Assembly (NCBI GenBank): GCA_045605265.1
Contig: JAZUPQ010000053.1
Span: 7,716 to 71,715 of the forward strand
DNA length: 64,000 nt
Direction of reading: 5' to 3'
Source of the DNA: Eubacteriales bacterium
Lineage (GTDB): Bacteria > Bacillota > Clostridia > Oscillospirales > CAG-272
The position numbers and the translations under genes were made by a program. The notes under the pieces are model-generated. The model worked only from the letters and a program-made list of their open reading frames with translations. It was not told where the DNA came from and did not search any database. Numbering within the stretch: position 1 is the stretch's first letter; each line of letters opens with the position of its first letter. Shown piece after piece: positions 29,920 through 38,521 of the stretch.

Positions 29920-30657
29920 TTAAAGTTCAAGCTCGTAAGAAATTGCAGAAAGAGCGTAAATTGGAGCTGTTTCACAACGCAAAATACGCGGCCCAAGGTT
30001 AATAATTTCCGAGTCGAATTTTCTCGCAAGCTCTACCTCGTCCAAAGAAAATCCGCCTTCCGTTCCGACAAAGACAGCGATTTTTTCGCCCTGCCGTACT
30101 TCTTTTAAAACAGATTTAAGACTCACTGTATCGTCACCCTCGTAGCAGAATAATATTTTTGAGTTTTCCTCTCGCGCGAGAGTAAGAGCGTTTTCGTAGC
30201 TCAACGGCGAAAAAACCTCGGTTAAAATTGCTCTGCCACATTGCTTAGAGGCTTCGTTGGCGATTTTTGAAAGTCTTTCTGTTTGACGGTCTACTTTGTC
30301 GGCCTTAGGACGTTTTACGCAGCGTGACGACTCAAAGGGTATTACCTTCGTCACGCCGAGCTCGACCGCTTTTTGAACGATAAATTCAAGTTTATCTCCC
30401 TTTGGATATCCCATAAACAAGCTTATGCCGACGGGCGACTCGGTATTCTTTTCAAGGGTTGATAAAATTTCGAGCTCACATTCATCATCTCGGATTTTCG
30501 TAAGCTTGCAGGTATGAACCTTGCCGTGCATATCGCACACAGCCACCTCATCTCCCACCGCCAAACGAAGCGCTCTGGCAATGTGACGGGCATCGTTTCC
30601 GTTTATCTTGACCTTATTATCAAAAAAGTTTTCGCTTGGAACAAAAAATCTTGGCAT
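29920..30657 (-). CDS. rsmE: 16S rRNA (uracil1498-N3)-methyltransferase
   Basis: 245 aa with N-terminal 'MPRFFV' and 'ARHIARALR', and a C-terminal SPOUT knot 'LGPRILRCETA'. Confidence 0.9.
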   Translation of the reverse strand: MPRFFVPSENFFDNKVKINGNDARHIARALRLAVGDEVAVCDMHGKVHTCKLTKIRDDECELEILSTLEKNTESPVGISLFMGYPKGDKLEFIVQKAVELGVTKVIPFESSRCVKRPKADKVDRQTERLSKIANEASKQCGRAILTEVFSPLSYENALTLAREENSKILFCYEGDDTVSLKSVLKEVRQGEKIAVFVGTEGGFSLDEVELARKFDSEIINLGPRILRCETAPIYALSAISYELEL

Positions 30658-30658
30658 T

Positions 30659-31588
30659 TTAAATCTCCGTCAGGATTGCTTTTTTTACGAGAAGGGCAAC
30701 CCAATCATTTTCCTTTTCTTCCTTCAAAACCTTAAATCCGTATTTTTCGAGAGCCTTTACTACGTCGTTCTTGCTGGGCTCGATAATGCCCGACAAAATA
30801 ATCGGCGCTTCCGGCTTGATACAGTCGCTGAGATCGGGCAACATTCTGATTATGATTTCCGCAACAATATTAGCAACACAGAAGTCGTATTTTTCACTTC
30901 TGTCTATATTTTTGAGAAGGTCGGAGACCCCCACGGTGATGTTTTTACAGCCACTGTCCTTTGCGTTTTCTCTCGCGACCTTTACTGCAACGGGGTCAAT
31001 ATCATAGGCGAAAATTTCACACGCCCCCAGCTTTGAGGCGCAAATCGATAAAATTCCCGAGCCCGTTCCGACGTCTAAAACTCTCTTACCGCTTAAATCC
31101 TCGTTCTGCATAATCCGCATAACGAGCCTGGTGGTTTCGTGAGTTCCGGTGCCAAAAGCCATACCGGGATCAATTCTGATGATAACTTCGCCATCGCTCG
31201 CCTCATATTTTTCCCAAGCGGGAACGATAGTGATTTTTCCGAGTTTAATGGGCTTATAGTATTTCTTCCACGCATGCGCCCAGTCTTCCTCGTCCATTCC
31301 CTCGACGTTTAAGGCGTAGTCTATATTTTCAATATTAAAGCGCTCTTTGATAAAATTTGTGTATTCGGGAATGTTTTTTTCTTCCGGAATGAAAAGCGAA
31401 ATTTTAGCAACACTTTTATCCGCATTCAAAATGCTCTCGTCCACGAGCTCTCCGTACATTCCGTTAAGCGAAAAGTCGCTGTAATCCTCTATCATAAGTC
31501 CGTTGTCAAGCATACTCATAACAGCTGAGGCGCTGTCCAGATTTTCGGTTTTTACAGTGACGGTCAGCTTTGTCCATTTTCCTGACAT
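30659..31588 (-). CDS. prmA: ribosomal protein L11 methyltransferase
   Basis: 'IDPGMAFGTGTHETT' and the SAM motif 'VLDVGTGSGILSI' are present. The ATG at 31588 is preferred over the TTG at 31597 from the track. Confidence 0.9.
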   Translation of the reverse strand: MSGKWTKLTVTVKTENLDSASAVMSMLDNGLMIEDYSDFSLNGMYGELVDESILNADKSVAKISLFIPEEKNIPEYTNFIKERFNIENIDYALNVEGMDEEDWAHAWKKYYKPIKLGKITIVPAWEKYEASDGEVIIRIDPGMAFGTGTHETTRLVMRIMQNEDLSGKRVLDVGTGSGILSICASKLGACEIFAYDIDPVAVKVARENAKDSGCKNITVGVSDLLKNIDRSEKYDFCVANIVAEIIIRMLPDLSDCIKPEAPIILSGIIEPSKNDVVKALEKYGFKVLKEEKENDWVALLVKKAILTEI

Positions 31589-31589
31589 A

Positions 31590-32483
31590 TTAATCAATCC
31601 TCGCTATTTCGATATCTTTTTTTACTTGCTCTATAAGCTGTTCTTCAAATTCAAATTTGACTTCTTCCCTGATAAAGTCCAGAAAGTATATTCTTACCTT
31701 TTTTCCGTAAAGGTCTCCGTCAAAATCAAAAATGAAGCTCTCCGCGTGTAAGGTGCGCTCCTCAAAGGTGGGGCAAATGCCTATGTTGGTAATGGATTTG
31801 TAGGTTGCTCCGTCACAGAAAATTTCAGTCTTGTATACGCCGTTTTTAAGAGGAAGCTTTCTCTCATCTATTTCGGTATTCAGGGTAGGGAAGCCGAGTT
31901 TTTTTCCAACGCCCCTGCCGTGTACTACGGAGCTTTCGATAAAATAGGGAACGTAGAGTAAGGAGTTCGCTTCCTTTATTTTTGATTCCGTCAGTAGTTT
32001 TTTGATTGCGGAGGAAGAAATTTTTTCGTTTTCATCTAATTCGTCTTTCACGAAAAACGCCTCTTTGTTATGCTTTGAAAGTTGATCGGAAAGGTCGTTT
32101 TTATCATAGCTTGCGTTCTTACCGAATCTGAACGTTTCACCGCAAAACGCCGCACGGGTATGCAGATTTTTAATCAAAACGTCATTTACGAAGGTTTCCG
32201 CGTCCATATCTTTGATTTTTTCAAACTCGAATTCGTATATTCGGTCTACTCCCATTTCCGTAAGCAAGGAGCTGCGTTCGCTATCGGATAAAATTTTCTT
32301 GTCGCCGTGGCTTTTGGTGGGAAGGGAGGCAAATGTGAAAATCGAAAGAGGAACGCCCAGCGCGACGGCTGTTTTTTTGGCGCTTAAAATCAACTTGGCG
32401 TGTCCCTTGTGAATTCCGTCAAAACAGCCCAAAGCGACGACATTTTCATCGCCCTGTTTATCGGAGAGATATTTGATATTCAT
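31590..32483 (-). CDS. ribF: bifunctional riboflavin kinase / FAD synthetase
   Basis: 'LGCFDGIHKGH' marks the FAD synthetase part and 'GFPTLN' marks the riboflavin kinase part. The ATG at 32483 has an AAGGAG RBS 5 nt upstream; the track start at 32501 is upstream of that RBS. Confidence 0.9.
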   Translation of the reverse strand: MNIKYLSDKQGDENVVALGCFDGIHKGHAKLILSAKKTAVALGVPLSIFTFASLPTKSHGDKKILSDSERSSLLTEMGVDRIYEFEFEKIKDMDAETFVNDVLIKNLHTRAAFCGETFRFGKNASYDKNDLSDQLSKHNKEAFFVKDELDENEKISSSAIKKLLTESKIKEANSLLYVPYFIESSVVHGRGVGKKLGFPTLNTEIDERKLPLKNGVYKTEIFCDGATYKSITNIGICPTFEERTLHAESFIFDFDGDLYGKKVRIYFLDFIREEVKFEFEEQLIEQVKKDIEIARID

Positions 32484-32643
32484 TCGTGCTCCTTTCCTCA
32501 TATTTTGCTTTGAATATTATACACTAATTTCAGGCGTTTGTAAATAGTTCTTTTGCGAAATATTGGTATATTGACAAAAAGTGCTTATTTGTGATAAAAT
32601 GAGGTAAAACTAAATTAAAATAAAATAAATTTAGGAGAGAAAA

Positions 32644-34050
32644 ATGAAACTGAATTATAAAAGGACTATTCTGGTCGGTTTTGCGTTTTTCTTAATAAGC
32701 GCTTTTTGGCAAGCTTACGATGCCATCGTTCCGCTTATTTTGACAAACCACTTCGGACTCCCGCAAACCGCATCGGGAGTCGTTATGTCCATAGACAATG
32801 TACTCGCGGTATTTATGCTTCCTGTTTTTGGCGCTCTGTCCGACAGAGTTAGCACAAAATACGGAAAGAGAACTCCGTTTATAGTAATCGGAACTATCTT
32901 TGCGATAGTATCCTTTATTTGTCTGACATTTATTGACAACTATCAAATTGCAAAGCTCGTTGACGCAGGTATCCCCGCTTTGCGAGAGGGAATCACTAAT
33001 GAAGAGCTGACAGAGGTGATTTCGAAAACATTGGAGGTCACCAAGGCAAATCCTATGGCTCTCATAGGCTTTGTGGCTACCTTGCTTGTTGTCTTGCTTT
33101 CAATGGCAACCTTCCGCTCTCCCGCCGTTGCTCTTATGCCCGATGTAACAGTAAAGCCGCTTCGTTCAAAGGCAAACGCAGTTATTAATCTTATGGGTAC
33201 GGCAGGCGGCATACTCGTTCTGGTTTTGGGTATGATTTTCGCAACGGCAAAAAAAATCTATATGCAATATACAGGCTACGTAATCGCCGTTACTTCTATA
33301 ATGCTCACAGGACTTGTAATTTTCGTTCTCACGGTAAAGGAAAAGAAATGGGCGAAGGAGATGCAAGACCTCACGGCAAAAGAGGGACTCGACCAGCTGG
33401 CAGTCGCTAACACCGAGGGCGAAGCGGTGAAGGAAAGAAGCCTTACGAAAGCAGAATTCCGTTCCTTGATTTTAATTTTGGCTTCCGTCGCTCTTTGGTA
33501 TATGGGTTATAACTCCATAACCAGTAAGTATTCGGTTTACGCCTCAAATATACTTCATTTTGATTATAATTTCACTCTTATAATAGCCCAAGCAGCTGCG
33601 ATAGTTTCCTACATTCCCGTGGGAATTATATCCTCCAAATTCGGCAGAAGAAAGACGATACTCGCAGGTATTTTAATGCTTGCAACAGCTTTCTTTGTAG
33701 GAAACTTTATAACCTCTGACTCACCCGAGCTGATAATGTATCCCATTTTCGCTCTTGCAGGAATCGGCTGGGCCTCCATCAACGTAAATTCCTTCCCTAT
33801 GGTAGTTGAGCTTGCTAAGGGCTCCGAGGTAGGAAAGTACACGGGTTACTATTACACTGCGTCTATGTCGGCTCAGATTATCGCACCAATACTTTCGGGA
33901 TTCCTCTACGACCAAGTGTCTATGAGAATTATGTTCTTCGCCTTTGGTACGTTCTTTGTGGTAATGTCTTTCATAACGATGTTTTTCGTTAAGCACGGAG
34001 ACTCTATGGCGGAGAAAAAGGGCGTGCTTGAAAGCCTCGACGTTGACTAA
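32644..34050 (+). CDS. MFS transporter (GPH/SLC45-like)
   Basis: 468 aa with about 12 TM helices, 'GALSDR..TKYGKRTPF' after TM2 and a central hydrophilic loop. The substrate is unknown. Confidence 0.75.
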   Translation: MKLNYKRTILVGFAFFLISAFWQAYDAIVPLILTNHFGLPQTASGVVMSIDNVLAVFMLPVFGALSDRVSTKYGKRTPFIVIGTIFAIVSFICLTFIDNYQIAKLVDAGIPALREGITNEELTEVISKTLEVTKANPMALIGFVATLLVVLLSMATFRSPAVALMPDVTVKPLRSKANAVINLMGTAGGILVLVLGMIFATAKKIYMQYTGYVIAVTSIMLTGLVIFVLTVKEKKWAKEMQDLTAKEGLDQLAVANTEGEAVKERSLTKAEFRSLILILASVALWYMGYNSITSKYSVYASNILHFDYNFTLIIAQAAAIVSYIPVGIISSKFGRRKTILAGILMLATAFFVGNFITSDSPELIMYPIFALAGIGWASINVNSFPMVVELAKGSEVGKYTGYYYTASMSAQIIAPILSGFLYDQVSMRIMFFAFGTFFVVMSFITMFFVKHGDSMAEKKGVLESLDVD

Positions 34051-34144
34051 AATCAATCTTAAAGCAATTTCATAATATAGCGGAAAGAGGAGCAGACGAA
34101 GATCTATTCCTCTTCCTGTTTGTATAGAGCAGAAAGGGAAAAAT

Positions 34145-34993
34145 ATGCCTTTATTAATTACGTTAAGCAGCATTTTGTGTTTTTTTGTCGTATTATTTAT
34201 CGTATATGTAATTCTCCTGGTTCCGTCGAAGGACAAGAAAGAAAAATGTAAAGAATTTGCAAATTACAGATACGCTCACCGAGGGCTTCATGATGAAATT
34301 TCTCCTGAAAACTCGCTTTCGGCTTTCAAAAAAGCGGTGGATTCGGGATTTGGAATAGAGCTTGACGTCAGACTCTCGAAGGACGGCAGACTGGTCGTTT
34401 TTCACGATGATACGCTTGATAGAATGACAGGAGAAGTCGGGCCTGTTGATTCAAAGGACTACGACGAGCTTACTAACATAAAATTAAGAGGCAGCGATGA
34501 GAAAATCCCCGGCTTTGACGAGGTTCTTGAACTCGTAGACGGCAAAGTGCCTCTGCTTGTGGAAATCAAAGAGGCAAAGGGTTCTCTCGCGGTTACAAAA
34601 CAGACTTGCGAAAGGCTGAAATCTTACACGGGTGAGTATATAATCGAAAGCTTTAACCCGTTTGCCCTTCAAGAAGTAAGAAAAAATCTGCCCGGAGCGA
34701 TAGTAGGAATTTTGTCGGAGCACTTCACGAAAAACAAAACATTCCGCAACTCTGTCTTTTATATTCTTCAAACCATGCTGCTCAATGTACTCTCGCGTCC
34801 GGACTTTGTTGCCTACAACCATAGTCATGCCTCGTTTTTGCCATTCAAGCTTGCAAAGGCTCTCGGATACGTGAGATTCTGTTATACTATAACGAGTGAA
34901 GAAGCAGAGGAAAGGGCCTTAAAAAAAGATTTTGAAAGCGTAATTTTTGAAGGCTATCTTCCAAAATCCCCTTATATCAAAACGGAGAAATAA
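34145..34993 (+). CDS. glycerophosphodiester phosphodiesterase family protein with an N-terminal TM anchor
   Basis: GDPD motifs 'YAHRGLH..PENSLSAF', 'IELDVRLSKDGRLVVFHDDTLDR' and 'LLVEIK' are present. Confidence 0.8.
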   Translation: MPLLITLSSILCFFVVLFIVYVILLVPSKDKKEKCKEFANYRYAHRGLHDEISPENSLSAFKKAVDSGFGIELDVRLSKDGRLVVFHDDTLDRMTGEVGPVDSKDYDELTNIKLRGSDEKIPGFDEVLELVDGKVPLLVEIKEAKGSLAVTKQTCERLKSYTGEYIIESFNPFALQEVRKNLPGAIVGILSEHFTKNKTFRNSVFYILQTMLLNVLSRPDFVAYNHSHASFLPFKLAKALGYVRFCYTITSEEAEERALKKDFESVIFEGYLPKSPYIKTEK

Positions 34994-34994
34994 A

Positions 34995-36113
34995 ATGAAA
35001 CTGCAACTTGTCGCCACATGTCTTTTCGGACTTGAAAAGCTCTTAGGTGATGAAATAGAAGAACTTGGATATGAAAAAATATCTACCATAGATGGCAGAG
35101 TTACCTTTATCGGAGATGAAGAAGCGATTGCTCTCTCAAATATTTGTTTAAGATTTGCCGAAAGAATTTATATAAAGTTAGGCTCTTTTCACGCCGAAAG
35201 CTTTGACGAGCTTTTTGAGGGAACGAGAAAGCTGCCGTGGCCTTCTTTTATAGGCCGCGATGACGCATTCCCTGTAAAGGGACATTCAATCAAGTCTGCC
35301 CTTTTTTCGATTCCCGACTGTCAGGCGATTGTAAAAAAGGCAGTAGTTCGTTCGCTCTCCGAGGAGTACGGGATATTACATTTTGACGAGACGGGAGTAA
35401 AATATCAAATAGAATTTTTTATTCTCAACAATGAAGCCGCTTTGATGATTGACACATCGGGAACGGCTCTGCATAAGCGGGGTTACAGAAAAGAACATAA
35501 CGCCGCTCCTATTCGAGAGACACTGGCCGCCGCTATTGCAAAGCTCTCAAGGCCGAGAGAAAACGTGCTACTGTGGGATCCAATGTGCGGAAGCGGAACT
35601 ATCGCTATCGAAGCGGCGATGATTATGAAAAATATCGCCCCCGGCCTTAACAGAGATTTTGCGGCGGAGGCGTTTCCGTTCATATCTAAAAAAATCTGGA
35701 TTTCCGCAAGAGAAGAAGCGCGCGAGGGGGTAATAGAAAACACCGATTTCAGAGCCTACGCCTCGGACATTGACGAGAATGCAGTAAGGCTAGCCGAGAA
35801 AAACGCCCGTCTTGCAGGAGTTTCTGACGTGATTAAGACGTTCAAAAGCGACTTTTCCGAAATAGGAGAAGCAGGCAGACGAGGAACTATAGTCACTAAT
35901 CCTCCCTACGGTGAGAGAATGGGAAGCCTTAAAGAAGTTGAAAAACTTTACACAGATATGGGGGTAAAGTTCAGAAGCCTTGCGCCTTGGCAGGTTTACG
36001 TTATCACCTCGCACCCCTCTTTCGAAAGATTTTACGGCAAAAAAGCCGACAAGGTGAGAAAGCTTTACAATGGTATGCTGCCTTGCTATCTGTATCAATT
36101 CTTTAAAAATTAA
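34995..36113 (+). CDS. THUMP-domain class I SAM-dependent RNA methyltransferase (RlmL N-terminal/YpsC-like)
   Basis: The motifs are 'LVATCLFGLEK' (THUMP N-terminus), 'DPMCGSGTIAIEA' and 'IVTNPPYGERMG'. The ATG at 34995 lies 2 nt after the GDPD stop; the track start at 34947 overlaps the upstream gene. Confidence 0.85.
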   Translation: MKLQLVATCLFGLEKLLGDEIEELGYEKISTIDGRVTFIGDEEAIALSNICLRFAERIYIKLGSFHAESFDELFEGTRKLPWPSFIGRDDAFPVKGHSIKSALFSIPDCQAIVKKAVVRSLSEEYGILHFDETGVKYQIEFFILNNEAALMIDTSGTALHKRGYRKEHNAAPIRETLAAAIAKLSRPRENVLLWDPMCGSGTIAIEAAMIMKNIAPGLNRDFAAEAFPFISKKIWISAREEAREGVIENTDFRAYASDIDENAVRLAEKNARLAGVSDVIKTFKSDFSEIGEAGRRGTIVTNPPYGERMGSLKEVEKLYTDMGVKFRSLAPWQVYVITSHPSFERFYGKKADKVRKLYNGMLPCYLYQFFKN

Positions 36114-36195
36114 CCTGGTTTTTATTTTTTATTAACACGGACTTCATAAAGATAGTTTAAAATATATATCGCAAGTATATAGGAAAGGTGCTTTT

Positions 36196-37425
36196 ATGAA
36201 GACAAAGGTGAGAATTTTATCTTCTGTTTTGATGGTCGCGTTGATGTTGACGTTATCATCTTGTTTTCCCTCGGATTTGGGTATGAATAAGCCGTTTGGC
36301 GACGGAGATGAAAACAGCAACAGTGAAGATGATGCTTATATAAACGTTGAGGGCGGAGACAGTTACGAAATCACCATTTCAACCAATGAATCTACGAATA
36401 TTTTAGCCGCTTCAAAGGCTCTGCTTTCATCGGTAATTGTGAGATGCACATCGGGTGAGGGCTCCGGCGTAATATACGACATCGATAAAAATTCCGGAGA
36501 TGCATATATAATTACCAATTATCACGTTGTGTACGACTCTTCCACGAGCGATAAAATCAGCAAAAGTATTCAAATTTATCTTTACGGAAGTCCATACGGT
36601 CAGGTTTCCGAAAATCAGCTGGCGAAGTATGCAATCCCGGCGACCTATATTGGCGGAACAATGTACTACGACTTGGCAGTTTTGAAGATAGACGCGAGCA
36701 AAATTCTTATGGAATCCAGCGCAATCAAGGCAGATATTGCAGACTCCAACAAGGTATCGGTTCTTGAAACTGCGATTGCAATCGGCAACGCTAAGGGCGA
36801 AGGCATAAGCGCGACTCTCGGACACGTAAACGTAGACAGCGAAAATATCGTTATGCTGAGCGCCGACAACCAATCGAGAGTTACGTGCAGAGTTATGAGA
36901 ATCGATACGGCGGTAAACAGCGGAAATTCCGGCGGCGGTCTTTTTAATGACAGAGGTGAGCTGATTGGAATCGTAAACGCCAAAATGGCGGACACGACCG
37001 TAGATAATATCGGTTATGCTATCCCCTCTAACGTAGTAAAGGGAGTCGTAGATAACATCGTGTATTATTACAGAAACGGAAAAGCGGATAAATGCGTTTA
37101 CAGATGTATGCTCGGTATATCAGTAACGGTTAACGACGCAAAGGCTGTGTATAACACCGAAACGGGCAAAGTTAATATTTATGAGGAAATAGTTATCACA
37201 GAGGTTACGAGCGGCAGTCTTGTTAAAGATTATCTCAAAAAGGGTGATATAATCAACTCGATAACCATAGACGGAAATAAGCACGAGGTTGTCAGAACGC
37301 ATAACGTAATTGACTCTATGCTTAACGCCAGAGTAGGAAGCTCCGTAATTATGAACATAACAAGAGATGGACAAACCTTTGACGTTACAATTCCGATTAC
37401 AGAAGAGATGCTGACGGCATATTGA
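36196..37425 (+). CDS. trypsin-like serine protease (S1C/HtrA-like) lipoprotein
   Basis: The lipobox is 'LTLSSC'. The catalytic triad contexts are 'ITNYHVV' (His), 'DLAVLKI' (Asp) and 'GNSGGGLF' (Ser). The C-terminal domain looks PDZ-like. Confidence 0.8.
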   Translation: MKTKVRILSSVLMVALMLTLSSCFPSDLGMNKPFGDGDENSNSEDDAYINVEGGDSYEITISTNESTNILAASKALLSSVIVRCTSGEGSGVIYDIDKNSGDAYIITNYHVVYDSSTSDKISKSIQIYLYGSPYGQVSENQLAKYAIPATYIGGTMYYDLAVLKIDASKILMESSAIKADIADSNKVSVLETAIAIGNAKGEGISATLGHVNVDSENIVMLSADNQSRVTCRVMRIDTAVNSGNSGGGLFNDRGELIGIVNAKMADTTVDNIGYAIPSNVVKGVVDNIVYYYRNGKADKCVYRCMLGISVTVNDAKAVYNTETGKVNIYEEIVITEVTSGSLVKDYLKKGDIINSITIDGNKHEVVRTHNVIDSMLNARVGSSVIMNITRDGQTFDVTIPITEEMLTAY

Positions 37426-37461
37426 CGTACGGGACGGTTAAAAGAAATATAAACTACAAGT

Positions 37462-37498
37462 AGGGATTTCGGCTCGCGGCTTGAAATCCCTGTTTTTT
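37462..37498 (+). terminator. intrinsic terminator after the S1C protease gene
   Basis: 9-bp stem AGGGATTTC/GAAATCCCT followed by GTTTTTT. Confidence 0.8.
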
Positions 37499-37561
37499 CA
37501 TTGACTAAATCAAAATAATGGTATAAAATATAATTAAAGTTATTAAAAAGAGGAAATAACA

Positions 37562-38521
37562 ATGGCTTGGTGGCAGATTGCTCTGATAGTTTTAGCTTCG
37601 ATTGCGGTTTTGCTTTTTCTCATTTGCTATTTTTCATATGTCTATACGTTCAAACGCAGAAAAAAAGACATCTCTCCCTATCACCAGCTTGACGGCGAGG
37701 ATAAAAACGGCAAGAAAGCGTATTCAAGAAAAATCATAGATGAATTTTTAAAGATAAAACCCACGAAAGAGGTATATATTGATTCCCACGACGGAATTAA
37801 GCTTTACGGAGTTATTTACGAGGTGGATAAAAACGCCCCTTTTGAAATCGCTTTTCACGGTTACAGAAGTCTTGCCGTGAGAGATATGAGCGGGGGAGGC
37901 AAGGAAGTGCTTGACAGAGGCCACAACCTCCTGTTAGTTCATCAAAGAGCTCACGGAAAAAGTGAGGGGAAAACCATATCATTCGGAATTAACGAAAGAT
38001 TTGACGTTAAATCGTGGGCGGAATATATAGCAAGAGAGTACCCAAAGAGCAAAATTCTTTTGGTAGGCATTTCTATGGGAGCTTCCTCCGTAATAATGGC
38101 GGGCGAATTAAGTTTGCCCGAAAACGTGGTCGGAATTTTGGCGGACTCGCCCTACTCATCTCCTGCGGAAATAATAAAAAAAGTATCAAAGGACATAGGA
38201 TGCTTTTTGACGATGCTTTATCCTTTTGTAAAGCTCGGAGCGAAAATTTTCGGAGGCTTCAATTTGGAAGAAGCGTCGCCGAAGACGGCTGTTAAAAACT
38301 ATAAATACCCCTTGTTAATCATACACGGGGAGGGGGATAGCTTCGTTCCTTGCTCTATGAGCAGAGAGATTAAGACTATGAGAGAGGATATTCTTCTCGA
38401 AACGTTTGAGGGGGCAAACCACGGACTTTCTTACATTTGCGACACCGAGAGATACAGAAAAATCACTTGCGATTTTATAGAAAAAATTTTAGGAGAAAAG
38501 GTATATGAAGATAAAGGATAA
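37562..38521 (+). CDS. alpha/beta hydrolase with an N-terminal TM anchor
   Basis: 319 aa with the nucleophile elbow 'GISMGA' and 'IIHGEGDSFVP'. Confidence 0.75.
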   Translation: MAWWQIALIVLASIAVLLFLICYFSYVYTFKRRKKDISPYHQLDGEDKNGKKAYSRKIIDEFLKIKPTKEVYIDSHDGIKLYGVIYEVDKNAPFEIAFHGYRSLAVRDMSGGGKEVLDRGHNLLLVHQRAHGKSEGKTISFGINERFDVKSWAEYIAREYPKSKILLVGISMGASSVIMAGELSLPENVVGILADSPYSSPAEIIKKVSKDIGCFLTMLYPFVKLGAKIFGGFNLEEASPKTAVKNYKYPLLIIHGEGDSFVPCSMSREIKTMREDILLETFEGANHGLSYICDTERYRKITCDFIEKILGEKVYEDKG